DNA of 64,000 bases from positions 1-64,000 of the forward strand of contig JABVCE010000051.1 in assembly GCA_014905635.1 (NCBI GenBank), in the 5' to 3' direction. The DNA comes from Scenedesmus sp. PABB004 (taxonomy: Eukaryota). Under the pieces are notes generated by a model. That model did no database searches. It saw only the letters and a program-made list of their open reading frames with translations, and was not told where the DNA came from. Shown in pieces: positions 23,839-33,319 of this stretch. The stretch's first letter is position 1, and each line of letters opens with the position of its first letter. Both the position numbers and the translations under genes were made by a program.

Positions 23839-26800
23839 ATGGCGGACGGCGAGCCGCCGCTGCCGGAGCTGCTGCCGGGCCTGCTGGACGCGGTGTCGGC
23901 CGCGGCGCAGCTGGAGCTGCCGGAGAGGGCCGACCTTTACGTGCGGGGGCCGCGGGCCGCGCGCAGCGGGGCCTGGCAGCGGCAGCCGCAGCGGCGGCAG
24001 CGGCGGCAGCAGCGGCCGCCGCCGCCCGCGCCGAGCGCGCGCCTCCCCACACGCGCCCGCGCGCCCGCCGCAGTACTACCGCAACCTGCCGGAGTACCGC
24101 GACCCCAGCGCCGCGTGCAGCGCGCAGGTGGCGGCGCTGCTGCGCGGCGCGCGCAGCAGCCTGGCGCCGGCCGAGCCGGGCGCGCCGGGCGCCGGCGCCG
24201 GCGCCGGCGCCGGCGCCGGCGCCGGCGACGACGACGGCGAGGCCCCCTACGACGACGCTGTGGCGGCGCTGGACGAGTGCCTGGACCGCCTCGACGCCGC
24301 GCTGGACGCGACGGCGGCGGCGACGGACGAGTTCACGCGCGGCGGCTGGGCGGCGGCCGGGCGGCAGGCGCTGCGCGTCGCGGCGCGCGGCCTCGAGGCG
24401 CCTGGCGGCGCGGCGGCGCTCACCACGCGCCGCGTGCAGCGCCACGTCGCGGGGCTGGCGCGCCCGCAGGAGCGCTTCCCGACGCCGGTCGACAACAGCG
24501 CGACGCCGTGGGACCCCGCCGCGGCGCACCCGCACCTCGCGCAGCGCGCGGCGGCGGCCCGGGCGGCGGCCGGGCGCGGCGGCGGCAGCGGCGGCCGGGA
24601 GCGCCTGGCCGCGCACGCGGCGGCGCTGTCGGCCGCGGCGGGCGGCGGCGCGCGCGGCGCGGCGCCGCACCCGTTTGCGGCGGAGCTCGCCGCGCTGGCC
24701 TACGCGCCCTGGCAGCTGCAGGCGCCGCCGGCGCCCGGTGCCGAGCCGCCGGGCCTGGACGTGGTGCCGTTTGCGCTGGTGGACACGCCGGAGGGCCTCG
24801 CGGACATGGTCGCCGCGCTGGCTGGCGAGCGGCAGGTCGCGCTCGACCTGGAGCACCACAGCTACAGGCGCGCCCCTCGCACCGCGGGCAGAGGGCGGGC
24901 GGCGAGAGACCCAGGGCCGCTCCCTGCGCTCGGGCCTGGCGCGCGCCGCGCCGTGCCGCCACCCACCCCGCCGCCCCACCCGCCCACCCCACCCCTTGGG
25001 TGGCCCCGCCAGGTCGTATCAGGGCTTCACCTGCCTGCTGCAGGTCTCCACCCGATCCGCCGACTGGGTCGTCGACGCGCTCGCGCTGCGCGGCGCGCTC
25101 GGCCCCGCGCTGGCGGGCCTGCTGTCCGACCCGGGCGTGGAGAAGGTGCTGCACGGCGCAGACAGCGACGTGCTCTGGCTGCAGGTACGCCCCGCCCCGC
25201 GCCGCGCGGCGCGCCCGCCCTGCAGCGCGGCGCGCTCACGTGCGCCGCCGCCCTGGACCCTGCCCAGCGCGACTTTGGTCTGTACCTGGTCAACCTCTTT
25301 GACACCGGCCAGGCCGCGCGCCTGCTCGGCTACCCGAGCGCCAGCCTGGCGCACCTGCTGGAGCGCCACGTGGGCTTCAAGGCCGACAAGCGGTGCGGGG
25401 CGGCGCGGCGCGGGCGGGGCGGCGCCCGCGCGCGCGCGCCGCCGGCCCGCGCGCCGCCACCGGGGGCGGTCACACACACGCACGCCGCGCTGCCGTGCGG
25501 CCGCGCGTCGCGCGCGCCAGGTACCAGCTCGCGGACTGGCGCGTGCGGCCGCTGCCGGCCGACATGGTGCACTATGCCCGCGCCGACACGCGCTGGCTGC
25601 TGCACGTCGCCGACGCGCTGCGCCGCGAGCTGCTGGCCGCGGGGGACCGCGTGCCGGAGGGCCTGGCCGTGGAGGTGCCGCCCCACTGCGGCGCGGGCCA
25701 GGTGCGCGGCGCGGAGGCCAGGGCGCGCGGTGGCCGCGCCGCGCCGCGCGCACGCGCGCGGCGCCGGCGCGCCCACGCCACGGGCCGCACGCCGCGCGGC
25801 CGCAGACGGCGCTGGGCGTCGCGCTGGAGCGCTCGCGGCGCATCGCGGGCAGCATGTACGCCAAGGCGGTCGTGGGTGAGGGGACGTACCTGGAGGTGGC
25901 CGCGCGCTGGGGCGTGGCGCTGCCGCCGGCGCGGCTGGCGGTCTTTGGCGCGCTCTTTGCCTGGCGCGACGCGACCGCGCGGCGCCTGGACGAGAGCCCC
26001 AGCTACGTCCTGCCCAAGGCCGCGCTGCTGGAGCTCGCGCGCGACCCGCCGCCGTCAGCGGCGGAGCTGCGCCGCCGCTGCGCCGCAAACGGCGGCCTCG
26101 CCGGCGGCAGCGGGCTGCTGCTGGCGGCCGCGGACGAGGTGGCGCGCGTCATCGCGGCGGGCCTGGCGCAGGGCGGCGCGCCAGCGCCCGCAGCGGCAGC
26201 GCAGCAGCGACAGCAGCAGCAGGGCGCAGGCGCCGCCCCGCCAGCAGCGTCGTCGGCGGCGGCTGAGCTGGTCAAGCCGCGCGAGGCGCCGGCGGCTGGC
26301 CAGCAGCGGCAAGAGGTGCAGCAGCAGCAGCAGGAGCCCGTGCCGACGGGGCAGCAGCAGCCGGACCAGCCGGGGCAGCCCGCCGCCGTCGCCGGCGCTG
26401 GCGCGCCGGCGCCCAAGCGGCTGGCCCTGGCGCCGGGCGCCGGGCCGCGCAGCACCATGTCTGGCCTGCTGTCCGCCAAGCCGCGCACAGCAAAGGGCCA
26501 GCAGGCGCCGGCGGCTGGCGTGGCGCTGGCCAAAGCCAAGGTCGCGGCGTTCAGCCTGCCCTTCCTGCCGGGCTGCCAGCAGCGGCAGCAACAGCAGGAG
26601 CAGGAGCAGCAGCAGGAGCAGGAGCAGCAGCAGGAGCAGGAGCAGCAGCAGGAGCAGCAGCAGCAGCAGGAGGAGCAGCAGGAGAGCGGCGGCCCCGAGG
26701 CCGTGTCGGGCGCGGCGGTGCGCGCGGTGGCGGACCAGCTGCTGGCGCGGGCGGACGCAGAGGCTGGGGATGACGGCGACGCCGCCATGGCTGAGCTCTT

Positions 26801-27467
26801 TGGCGACGGCAGCCCCGAGGGCGACGACGGCGCGGCCGCGCAGCAGCCCGCGGGCGCGGACGGGCCCGCCGGCGCGGCGGGCGGCGCGAGCGCGCTGGCC
26901 GACCTCGAGTACGTGCCCCTCTCAGCGGCGGCGCCTGCGAGGCGGGCGCAGCGCGGCGCCGCCCGGCGGGCGCCGCCCGCGCCTGGGCCGCCCGCGCCCG
27001 CGCCTGCCCCGCCCGACGGGCAGAGGGCCGCCAAGCGCAAGCGCGGCATCTTTGACGCCGCCGCCGCGAGCAGCAGCAGCGGCAGCGACGGCAGCGACGA
27101 CGAGCTCGCAGACGGCGGCGAGCTGCCGGCGTTCGACCCCACGGGCGTGACGGCTGCGGCCGCCGCGCGGCGCGCGGCGCGCGGGGACGGCGGCGAGCGC
27201 GCCGGCGCGGCCGCCGAGCGCGGCGGGCGCGGCGGGCGCGGCGGGCGCGGCGGGCGCGGCGGGCGCGGCGAGCGGGGGCGGCGCGGCCGCGGGCGGCGCG
27301 GCTTCATGGCCGCCGCGTCCGCGAGCCTCGCGGCCGTGCGCGCGGCGCAGGGCGGCGGGGACGTCGGCGCCAACCCCTTTGCGGCGGCCGACGCCGGCCT
27401 GATCCGCGGCGGGCGGCGCACCGCGACGGCGCCGCGCAGCGGCAACCGCTCCGCGAGCTTCAAGTGA
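23839..27467 (+). CDS. RRP6: Exosome-associated 3'-5' exoribonuclease RRP6 (DEDDy + HRDC), multi-exon
   Basis: RPQERF..PVDNS, ExoI ALDLEHHSYR|SYQGFTCLLQVST, EKVLHGADSDVLWLQRDFG, LFDTGQAAR, YQLADWRVRPL, YARADT, HRDC WRDATARRLDESPSYVLP, Q/E- and RGG-rich tail ending GNRSASFK. Confidence 0.93.
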
Positions 27468-27889
27468 GCGGGGCGCGGCGTGTTTCAGGTCTCGGGCGTG
27501 TGACGTGCAATCCGGGACTCCCAGGCGTCCACCCAATCACGCACGACGCCGCCGCTCTCGCACACGCGCAGCAGCGGCAGCGCCGCAGCCGCCGCCGCCG
27601 GCAAAGCGCAGCGCGGCGGCGTCCGCCGACGCCGTCGCGTGGTCCTCCCCTCACTCTGACGCGCACGGGGCCGCGGCGCGCAGGGGGGGGGCGGCTGCAG
27701 CGGCCGGGGCGCGCCGGCCCTCATCGCGCGAGCCCGATCAGCGCAGCGGCGCGGCATGGGTGGCTCGGGCTCCCGGACGTGACGGTGGAGACGTAGGCGG
27801 CCGTCTTGGGCGCGCCTGACGCGCCGCCTGGGTGCGCGCCGCGCCGGCGCCGCAGCAGCAGCAGCGGCGGCAGCCGGCGAGGGGCCAGC

Positions 27890-30800
27890 ATGCGGCGCAC
27901 TCGCGCGGCCGGCGCGCGGCCGGCGCCCGCCGCAACGCCAATGTTTTCGCTCGCGGAGCTCCCGGCCGCGTGGCGCGCGCAGCTGGTCGCCCACCTGTCG
28001 GCGGCGTCCAAGCTCGCGCTGCGGGCGAGCTGCCGCGCGCTGCGCGCCGAGGTCGATGCCGCCGCCGGCGCGGCGCTGTCGCTGCGCCTCACGGGGCGGC
28101 AGCCGACGATCGCGGCGCTGGCGCGCGCGGGCCTGCTCGCCCGCGTGGGCCGGCTCGACCTGGCGGGCGCGGGGCGCGGCGCGGTCACGGTCGGCGGCCC
28201 GCCGGCGGAGCTGGCGGGCGCGCTGCCGGCGCTGCGCGCCGCGTCGCTGGCGAATCACCAAGGCGGCGTTGTGGAGCTGCTCGCGGGCGCGGCGCCGGGG
28301 CTGTCGGCGCTGAGCTTGGAGGTCGTGTCGCACACGTCCGCTGTGGTCGGCATGCTCACCGCACTACCGGCGCTGGACGAGTTGTCCCTCACGCTGCGCA
28401 ACGACGGGTGGGCGGCGCCGCCGGCGGGGGGCCCGCACGCCGCCGCCGCCGCTGCAGCTGGCACCAGCGCGCGCCGCGCCGGCTCACCCCCACCCCCCCC
28501 CCCCCTCCCCCTCCCTCGCCCCCGCCGCAGCTGGGCGCGCGCGTGCGGCTCGCTGGGCGCGCTGCGCCAGCTCCGCAGCCTCGCCATCCTCGGCCGGCCC
28601 CTGTGCGACATCACTGCCACCAGCTGGGTGTCGGCCCCGTGGCTCGAGGCCAACGTCGCGCCGCTGTCTTGCCTCACCGCACTGGCCGTCACGCCCTGGA
28701 TCAAGGCGGAGCCTGGCGGTGAGCGCGGGGCGCGGCCTCCTTCCTCGCCGCCGGCAGCGCGGCCGCGCGCGCACGCCCCGCGCTCACGCCGCGCGCCCGC
28801 CCACGCACGCAGCGCCGGGCATGACCGTGTCGCGGCTGCCCCTCGCGAGCCTGGCGAGCCTGGCGCTGCCCTACGCGACAGGCAAGGCGGGCCCCGGCGC
28901 GTCCGCGGCGCTGCTGCGCCAGCTCGCCGGCGTCACGGGCCTCACGTCGCTGAACCTGGGGCTGCACGAGCCCGACTGGGACGTGAGCGGGCTGGCCCGC
29001 CTCACGGGCCTCGTGTCCCTGGAGCTGCACAACCCGTTCCTCAAGGGCGGCTGGGGGCTGGAGCCGACGCGCGCCGCGCACCTCGCGCCGCTCGCGGCCG
29101 CGCGCCACCTCACGGCCCTCGTCATCAGCACGCTCGACACCCCCGGCCCGGCAGACCTGCTCGACGCGGCGGGCCTGCTGCCGCCCGGCGCGCCGGCCGT
29201 GGGCGCGGCGAAAACCTGGGCCGCCGCGGCGGGAGCGCTGGAGGGCCTGGGCGGGCCGATGCTGCACATCGTCAACGCGCTCGCGCTCGAGGCGGTCGCC
29301 GCCGGCGTGGCGCGCGAGGCCGGCGGCCAGCACTCGCAGGTGGCCGCCGCCGCCACGGCGCTGCAGGCCGAGGCGCTCGCCACCGCGCGCGCGTACGCGC
29401 AGCCGTGGGGCGTGGCGCTGCAGAGCGCCAGCGCGGCGTGGGGCCCCGCGACCGCCACCCCACCGCCGCGTCCGCGCTGGCAGCGCCGCTGGGCGCGCCC
29501 CCCGCGGCGCCGCCCGGCAACGCGGACGCGCACTCCGGCGCCACGGCGGGGCTGGCGGCGCGTCCGGGCGCGGGGGTTGACCCCCACCTGCTGGCGTCCG
29601 TGGTGCAGGCGGCGCACGCGCTCGCGGCGGCGGTGGCGCCCGTGGCCGCAGCCAGCGCCAGCGCCGCGCTGCCCGCCATTGGGGAGCTGCTCGCGCAGGC
29701 GGCCGCCGGCGCCGGCGCGCTGCCCGCGGCGGCGGTCGTGGCGGCGGGCGTGGCCGCCGGCCAGGCGGGCTACGTGCCGGTGCCGGCCGTGCCGCCGCCC
29801 CCGCTGCCGCCGGCGCAGCTGCTCGAGCTGGCGGTGGCGGGCGGCGCGGGCCCGGGCGGCAGCGCGCCGCCCGCGCTGCCGTGCGTGTCGCCAGAGGTGG
29901 TGATCAACGCGGCCGCGCGCGGCGCTGCCGACGCGGCGCGCCTGCTGGTCGCCGAGGTGCCCTGCCTGCCCGGCCTGCGCCGGCTGACCGTCGGCACCAC
30001 GCACGGCGGCATGCTGAGCGGGCTGAGCCTCGCTGCGCTCGCGCCCAACCTGACCTGCCTGGAGGACCTGAGCGAGATGGGCGAGCTGCCCGCGGCCTGC
30101 GCTGACGTGCTGGGCGGCCTCACCGCGCTGGAGCTGCTCTCGGTCAACGTCGACACGCTGCAGCTCCACGCGCGGCACGCGTCGCTCACCAGGCTGGGCG
30201 CGCTCGCGCTGGGCGGCGACGGCGCGCCTGGCGACAGCGCCGGCGCCGGCGCCGCGCCGCCGACGCAGGCGGCAGCGGGCGCGCCCGGCCGGCGCGTGAC
30301 GCGGCAGCAGCGGCGGCAGCAGGAGCAGGTGGAGCAGGGGCAGCAGCTCGCCGAGCAGGCGGTGCCGCCGCCGCCGCCGCCGCCGCCGCTGCCGCCGCCG
30401 GCGGCGCTCTGGGACGGCGCGGACTTTGGCGGCGAGTGGCGGCTGGGCATGCCGCGCGCGGCCACCGGCCTGGGCCCGGCGCTGGTCAACCCGCGCTGGG
30501 CGGCGCTGGGGCGGCTGCGCGCGCTGCGGCTGCTCATGCTGGGCCATATATCACAGGGCATGCTGCCCGAGGGCATCGCGCTGCCCCGCATCCCCGGCGT
30601 GACCCGGCTCGAGCTCTGCTCCGCCTTTGGCGGCCGGGCTGACTACCGGGCCACGTACAGCATCGTCGAGGACCCGCTGCTGTGGCAGAACCAGGTCGGC
30701 ACGCGGGCGCTGGTCGTTGACGGCGGCGTGCTGCTCGGAGGCTTCCTGGTCGATGACGGCATGGCCCAGCTCCTCCGCACGCGCCTCACGGCGCTCGAGT

Positions 30801-31030
30801 CGCTCGTGCTGGCGCGCTGCCCCGACCTGGAGGCCCGCCACGTGCGGGCGGCGGTCGTGGCGCGCCTCGCGCCGCGGATCGTCGTGCGCACCGACTGCCC
30901 GCTGGTCAGCGAGGCCGACGTGCGCGAGCTCGCGGCCCTCGGGCGCGGGCTCGGCGTGGCGGTGGAGACCGAGCCCGCGCAGCCGTGCTTGTACGACGGC
31001 CGCAGCTTGACGTACTGCATCGACGACTGA
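27890..31030 (+). CDS. F-box-like / leucine-rich-repeat protein (apparent 1-nt frameshift near 29460)
   Basis: N-terminal LAELP...LSAASKLALRASCRAL F-box-like motif and many LxxLxxLxL repeats. Introns about 28408-28530 and 28719-28812. The frame switches in a C4 run at 29458-29461. Confidence 0.7.
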   Translation: MRRTRAAGARPAPAATPMFSLAELPAAWRAQLVAHLSAASKLALRASCRALRAEVDAAAGAALSLRLTGRQPTIAALARAGLLARVGRLDLAGAGRGAVTVGGPPAELAGALPALRAASLANHQGGVVELLAGAAPGLSALSLEVVSHTSAVVGMLTALPALDELSLTLRNDGWAAPPAGGPHAAAAAAAGTSARRAGSPPPPPPLPLPRPRRSWARACGSLGALRQLRSLAILGRPLCDITATSWVSAPWLEANVAPLSCLTALAVTPWIKAEPGGERGARPPSSPPAARPRAHAPRSRRAPAHARSAGHDRVAAAPREPGEPGAALRDRQGGPRRVRGAAAPARRRHGPHVAEPGAARARLGRERAGPPHGPRVPGAAQPVPQGRLGAGADARRAPRAARGRAPPHGPRHQHARHPRPGRPARRGGPAAARRAGRGRGENLGRRGGSAGGPGRADAAHRQRARARGGRRRRGARGRRPALAGGRRRHGAAGRGARHRARVRAAVGRGAAERQRGVGPRDRHPTAASALAAPLGAPPAAPPGNADAHSGATAGLAARPGAGVDPHLLASVVQAAHALAAAVAPVAAASASAALPAIGELLAQAAAGAGALPAAAVVAAGVAAGQAGYVPVPAVPPPPLPPAQLLELAVAGGAGPGGSAPPALPCVSPEVVINAAARGAADAARLLVAEVPCLPGLRRLTVGTTHGGMLSGLSLAALAPNLTCLEDLSEMGELPAACADVLGGLTALELLSVNVDTLQLHARHASLTRLGALALGGDGAPGDSAGAGAAPPTQAAAGAPGRRVTRQQRRQQEQVEQGQQLAEQAVPPPPPPPPLPPPAALWDGADFGGEWRLGMPRAATGLGPALVNPRWAALGRLRALRLLMLGHISQGMLPEGIALPRIPGVTRLELCSAFGGRADYRATYSIVEDPLLWQNQVGTRALVVDGGVLLGGFLVDDGMAQLLRTRLTALESLVLARCPDLEARHVRAAVVARLAPRIVVRTDCPLVSEADVRELAALGRGLGVAVETEPAQPCLYDGRSLTYCIDD

Positions 31031-32084
31031 TGTGGTCCGAGTTGAGTGCGGCATGGCGAGCTGCGGGCGCGGCGGCGGGCGCGGCGGGCGCGGCGGCGGG
31101 CGCGGCGGCGGGCGCAGCGGGAGGCGCGGCGGCGGGCGCAGCGGGAGGCGCGGGGCTTTGCGGGGCTTTGCGGGCGTCGGGGCTTTGCGGGCGTCGCGGA
31201 GCGAGTTGAGCGTGCGCCACGGGGAGCCGTGGAAACGCGCCAGTTGTCGACCCGAACGCCGTTGACCCCCGCTCGAGCCGCTCGAGCCATCCAGTGCGCG
31301 CGGAGCCGCGGAGCAGCAGCGGCGCCGCTGGCGCCCGCTGCGCCGCTGCCGTGCCCGCCCGTCGCCTGCCCGCGCTCCTGCTGGACGTCATGACGATCAG
31401 GGCGGCGCGGCTTGAGCAGGCCGATGCCCCCGGGTGGCGCCCTCCGCGCGCTCGCGCCGGCCCGGCCCTGCGGCGCCTGGCACGCTGATGCCGGCAGGCG
31501 GCGCTGGCGAGGCGCGGGCACGCGGCCAGGCGGGCGGCCGCGCGGCGGGCGGCGGCGGGCGGCGCCGCTGCTGCTGTCGCGCGCCGCGCGCTGGTGCAGG
31601 CGGGCCTGCTGCGGTGTGTGCGGAGGCCGAGAGAGTGTGCTGCGAGCGTGCAGTGCACTGCACATCAGCGCGGGGCGGCCGCGAGCGTCAAGTGACGGGC
31701 TGACGCGTGTGTCAGCCGCGCCGCCGCCACCCCGAGCCGCGCGCGCTGGTGCGGCACGGGCGCGGCGAGCTGCCGCCGCCGCCGCCGTTGCTGCTGCCGT
31801 CGGCGGGCGACCGCCGCCGCCCCGCCGCTCGACGTGCACCCCTGCAGGTGAGACGGGGCCCCGCTCGGACCTGCGCCGCCGCGCACGCGGGTGCCGGGCG
31901 GCGGTGGGGGGTGGTGGTGGGCTTGACCAGAGCGCTGGACCCAAAACCCTGCACCCCAAAACCCTGCACTCCAAAACCCAGCACCCTGGAGCCTGGAGCC
32001 AGGCTGCCACCGGCGGCCGCTGTGGCACCGCCAAACAGTTCTGCATGACCTGCCCAGGTTTTAGGGTTCAGTTTTTGGCAAAAT

Positions 32085-32156
32085 TGCGCCCCCCGGGAAT
32101 CGAACCCGGGTCCTGATCGTGGGAGGGTCAGATGATAACCACTACACTAGGAGCGC
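32085..32156 (-). tRNA. tRNA-Gly-CCC: tRNA-Gly(CCC), copy A
   Basis: Minus strand GCGCTCCTAGTGTAGTGGTTATCATCTGACCCTCCCACGATCAGGACCCGGGTTCGATTCCCGGGGGGCGCA, 72 nt, with A/B boxes and a following T4 terminator. One C:A mismatch in the anticodon stem. Confidence 0.9.
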
Positions 32157-32198
32157 CTGCGGACCCGAGAGTCCGGTGCCAATCGCAAAGTGGGGGCA

Positions 32199-32863
32199 GG
32201 GTGCGCGGCGGCAGCCCCGCGCGGCCCCGCGCGCGCGGGCGGCGGCGACCGCGGCCCCCCGCGGCCCGGCCAAAACCTTGGCCTTTCACGCGCGCCGCAC
32301 GCGCCGCGCCGCGCCGCCGCAGCGCCCAACCTGGCGGCGTTTGGCGACACGCCGCTCAAGGTGGCCATGGGCATGGCGGGCGTGGTGCCCATCATCCTCA
32401 ACTGCTACGGTGCGGCGCCGCGCGCCGCCGTCCGCCGCGCCGCGCCGTGCCAGGGCCGGGCGCTCTCCCGGACGCGCCGCCACGCGCGCCAGCCGCGGAA
32501 GGGGGGGGGGGGCGGTGTCGGGGGGCGCGCGCGCGCGTGATGCCGGGCCGCCCGGCGCGCGTCGGCCCGGCACGCGTGGCCGTGGACGCATTGAACTGCG
32601 CTGTAACTGCCGTGCCGACCCTGCTGCCGTGCCTCGTCGCGCGTGCGCCTTGTCCTCGCAGCAGCCGCCGTCACCAACAACGCACACCGCCCCCGCCGGC
32701 GCGGCGACACGCTGTGTTGTTATTGTAGTTGTTGTTGAGTTGTTTTGTTGTGTTATTTTGGGTGGAAGGATGCAAACACGAGAAATATCAAACGTTTTGG
32801 TCGTCCCGATTCTGTGGCGAGCGGGGTGAAAAATGGCCGTTCAGAGGGAGTTCAAGATTTGCT
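32199..32863 (+). pseudogene. Duplicated fragments of the amino-acid transporter gene (one exon with flanking intron, plus the 3' UTR/downstream region)
   Basis: About 32199-32440 matches 40462-40711 (exon APNLAAFGDTPLKVAMGMAGVVPIILNCY). About 32486-32863 matches 41779-42155. Confidence 0.9.
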
Positions 32864-32923
32864 GCTGTGATTTCATATACAGCCAACCTGTTTGCGATTG
32901 GCACCGGACTCTCGGGTCCGCAG

Positions 32924-32975
32924 GCGCTCCTAGTGTAGTGGTTATCATCTGACCCTCCCACGGTCAGGACCCGGG
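32924..32975 (+). pseudogene. 5' half of tRNA-Gly(CCC), copy B, truncated before the T loop
   Basis: GCGCTCC...GGTCAGGACCCGGG, then unrelated sequence. No TTCGA B box and no 3' acceptor strand. Confidence 0.9.
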
Positions 32976-33319
32976 GACCGTTTGCGGGCGTCGCGGAGGA
33001 GTTGAGCGTGCGCCACGGCGAGCCGTGGAAACGCGCCAGTTGCCGACCCGAGCCGTTGACCCGCGCTCGAGCCGCTCGAGCCAGCCAGTGCGTTCGCCGT
33101 CGCGGGGCAGCAGCAGCAGCAGCAGCAGCGCCGCTGGCGCCCGCTGCGCCGCCGCCGTGGCCGCCCGTCGCCTGCCCGCGCTCCTGGACGTCGGGGCGCG
33201 TGGTCTCCCCAACGTCTGCGCAGGCGGGGCAGCCAACGGCCTGCGGCGGCAGCGGCGGCAGCGGCGGCAGCGGCGGGGCGGCAGCCTGCCTGGCCTTGGC
33301 CCTGCGTGGTGCCAGCGCC

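Noticed and set aside
26575..26685. CAG/GAG repeat as a possible array or mobile element
   Set aside because: It is an in-frame low-complexity Q/E tract inside the RRP6 last exon.
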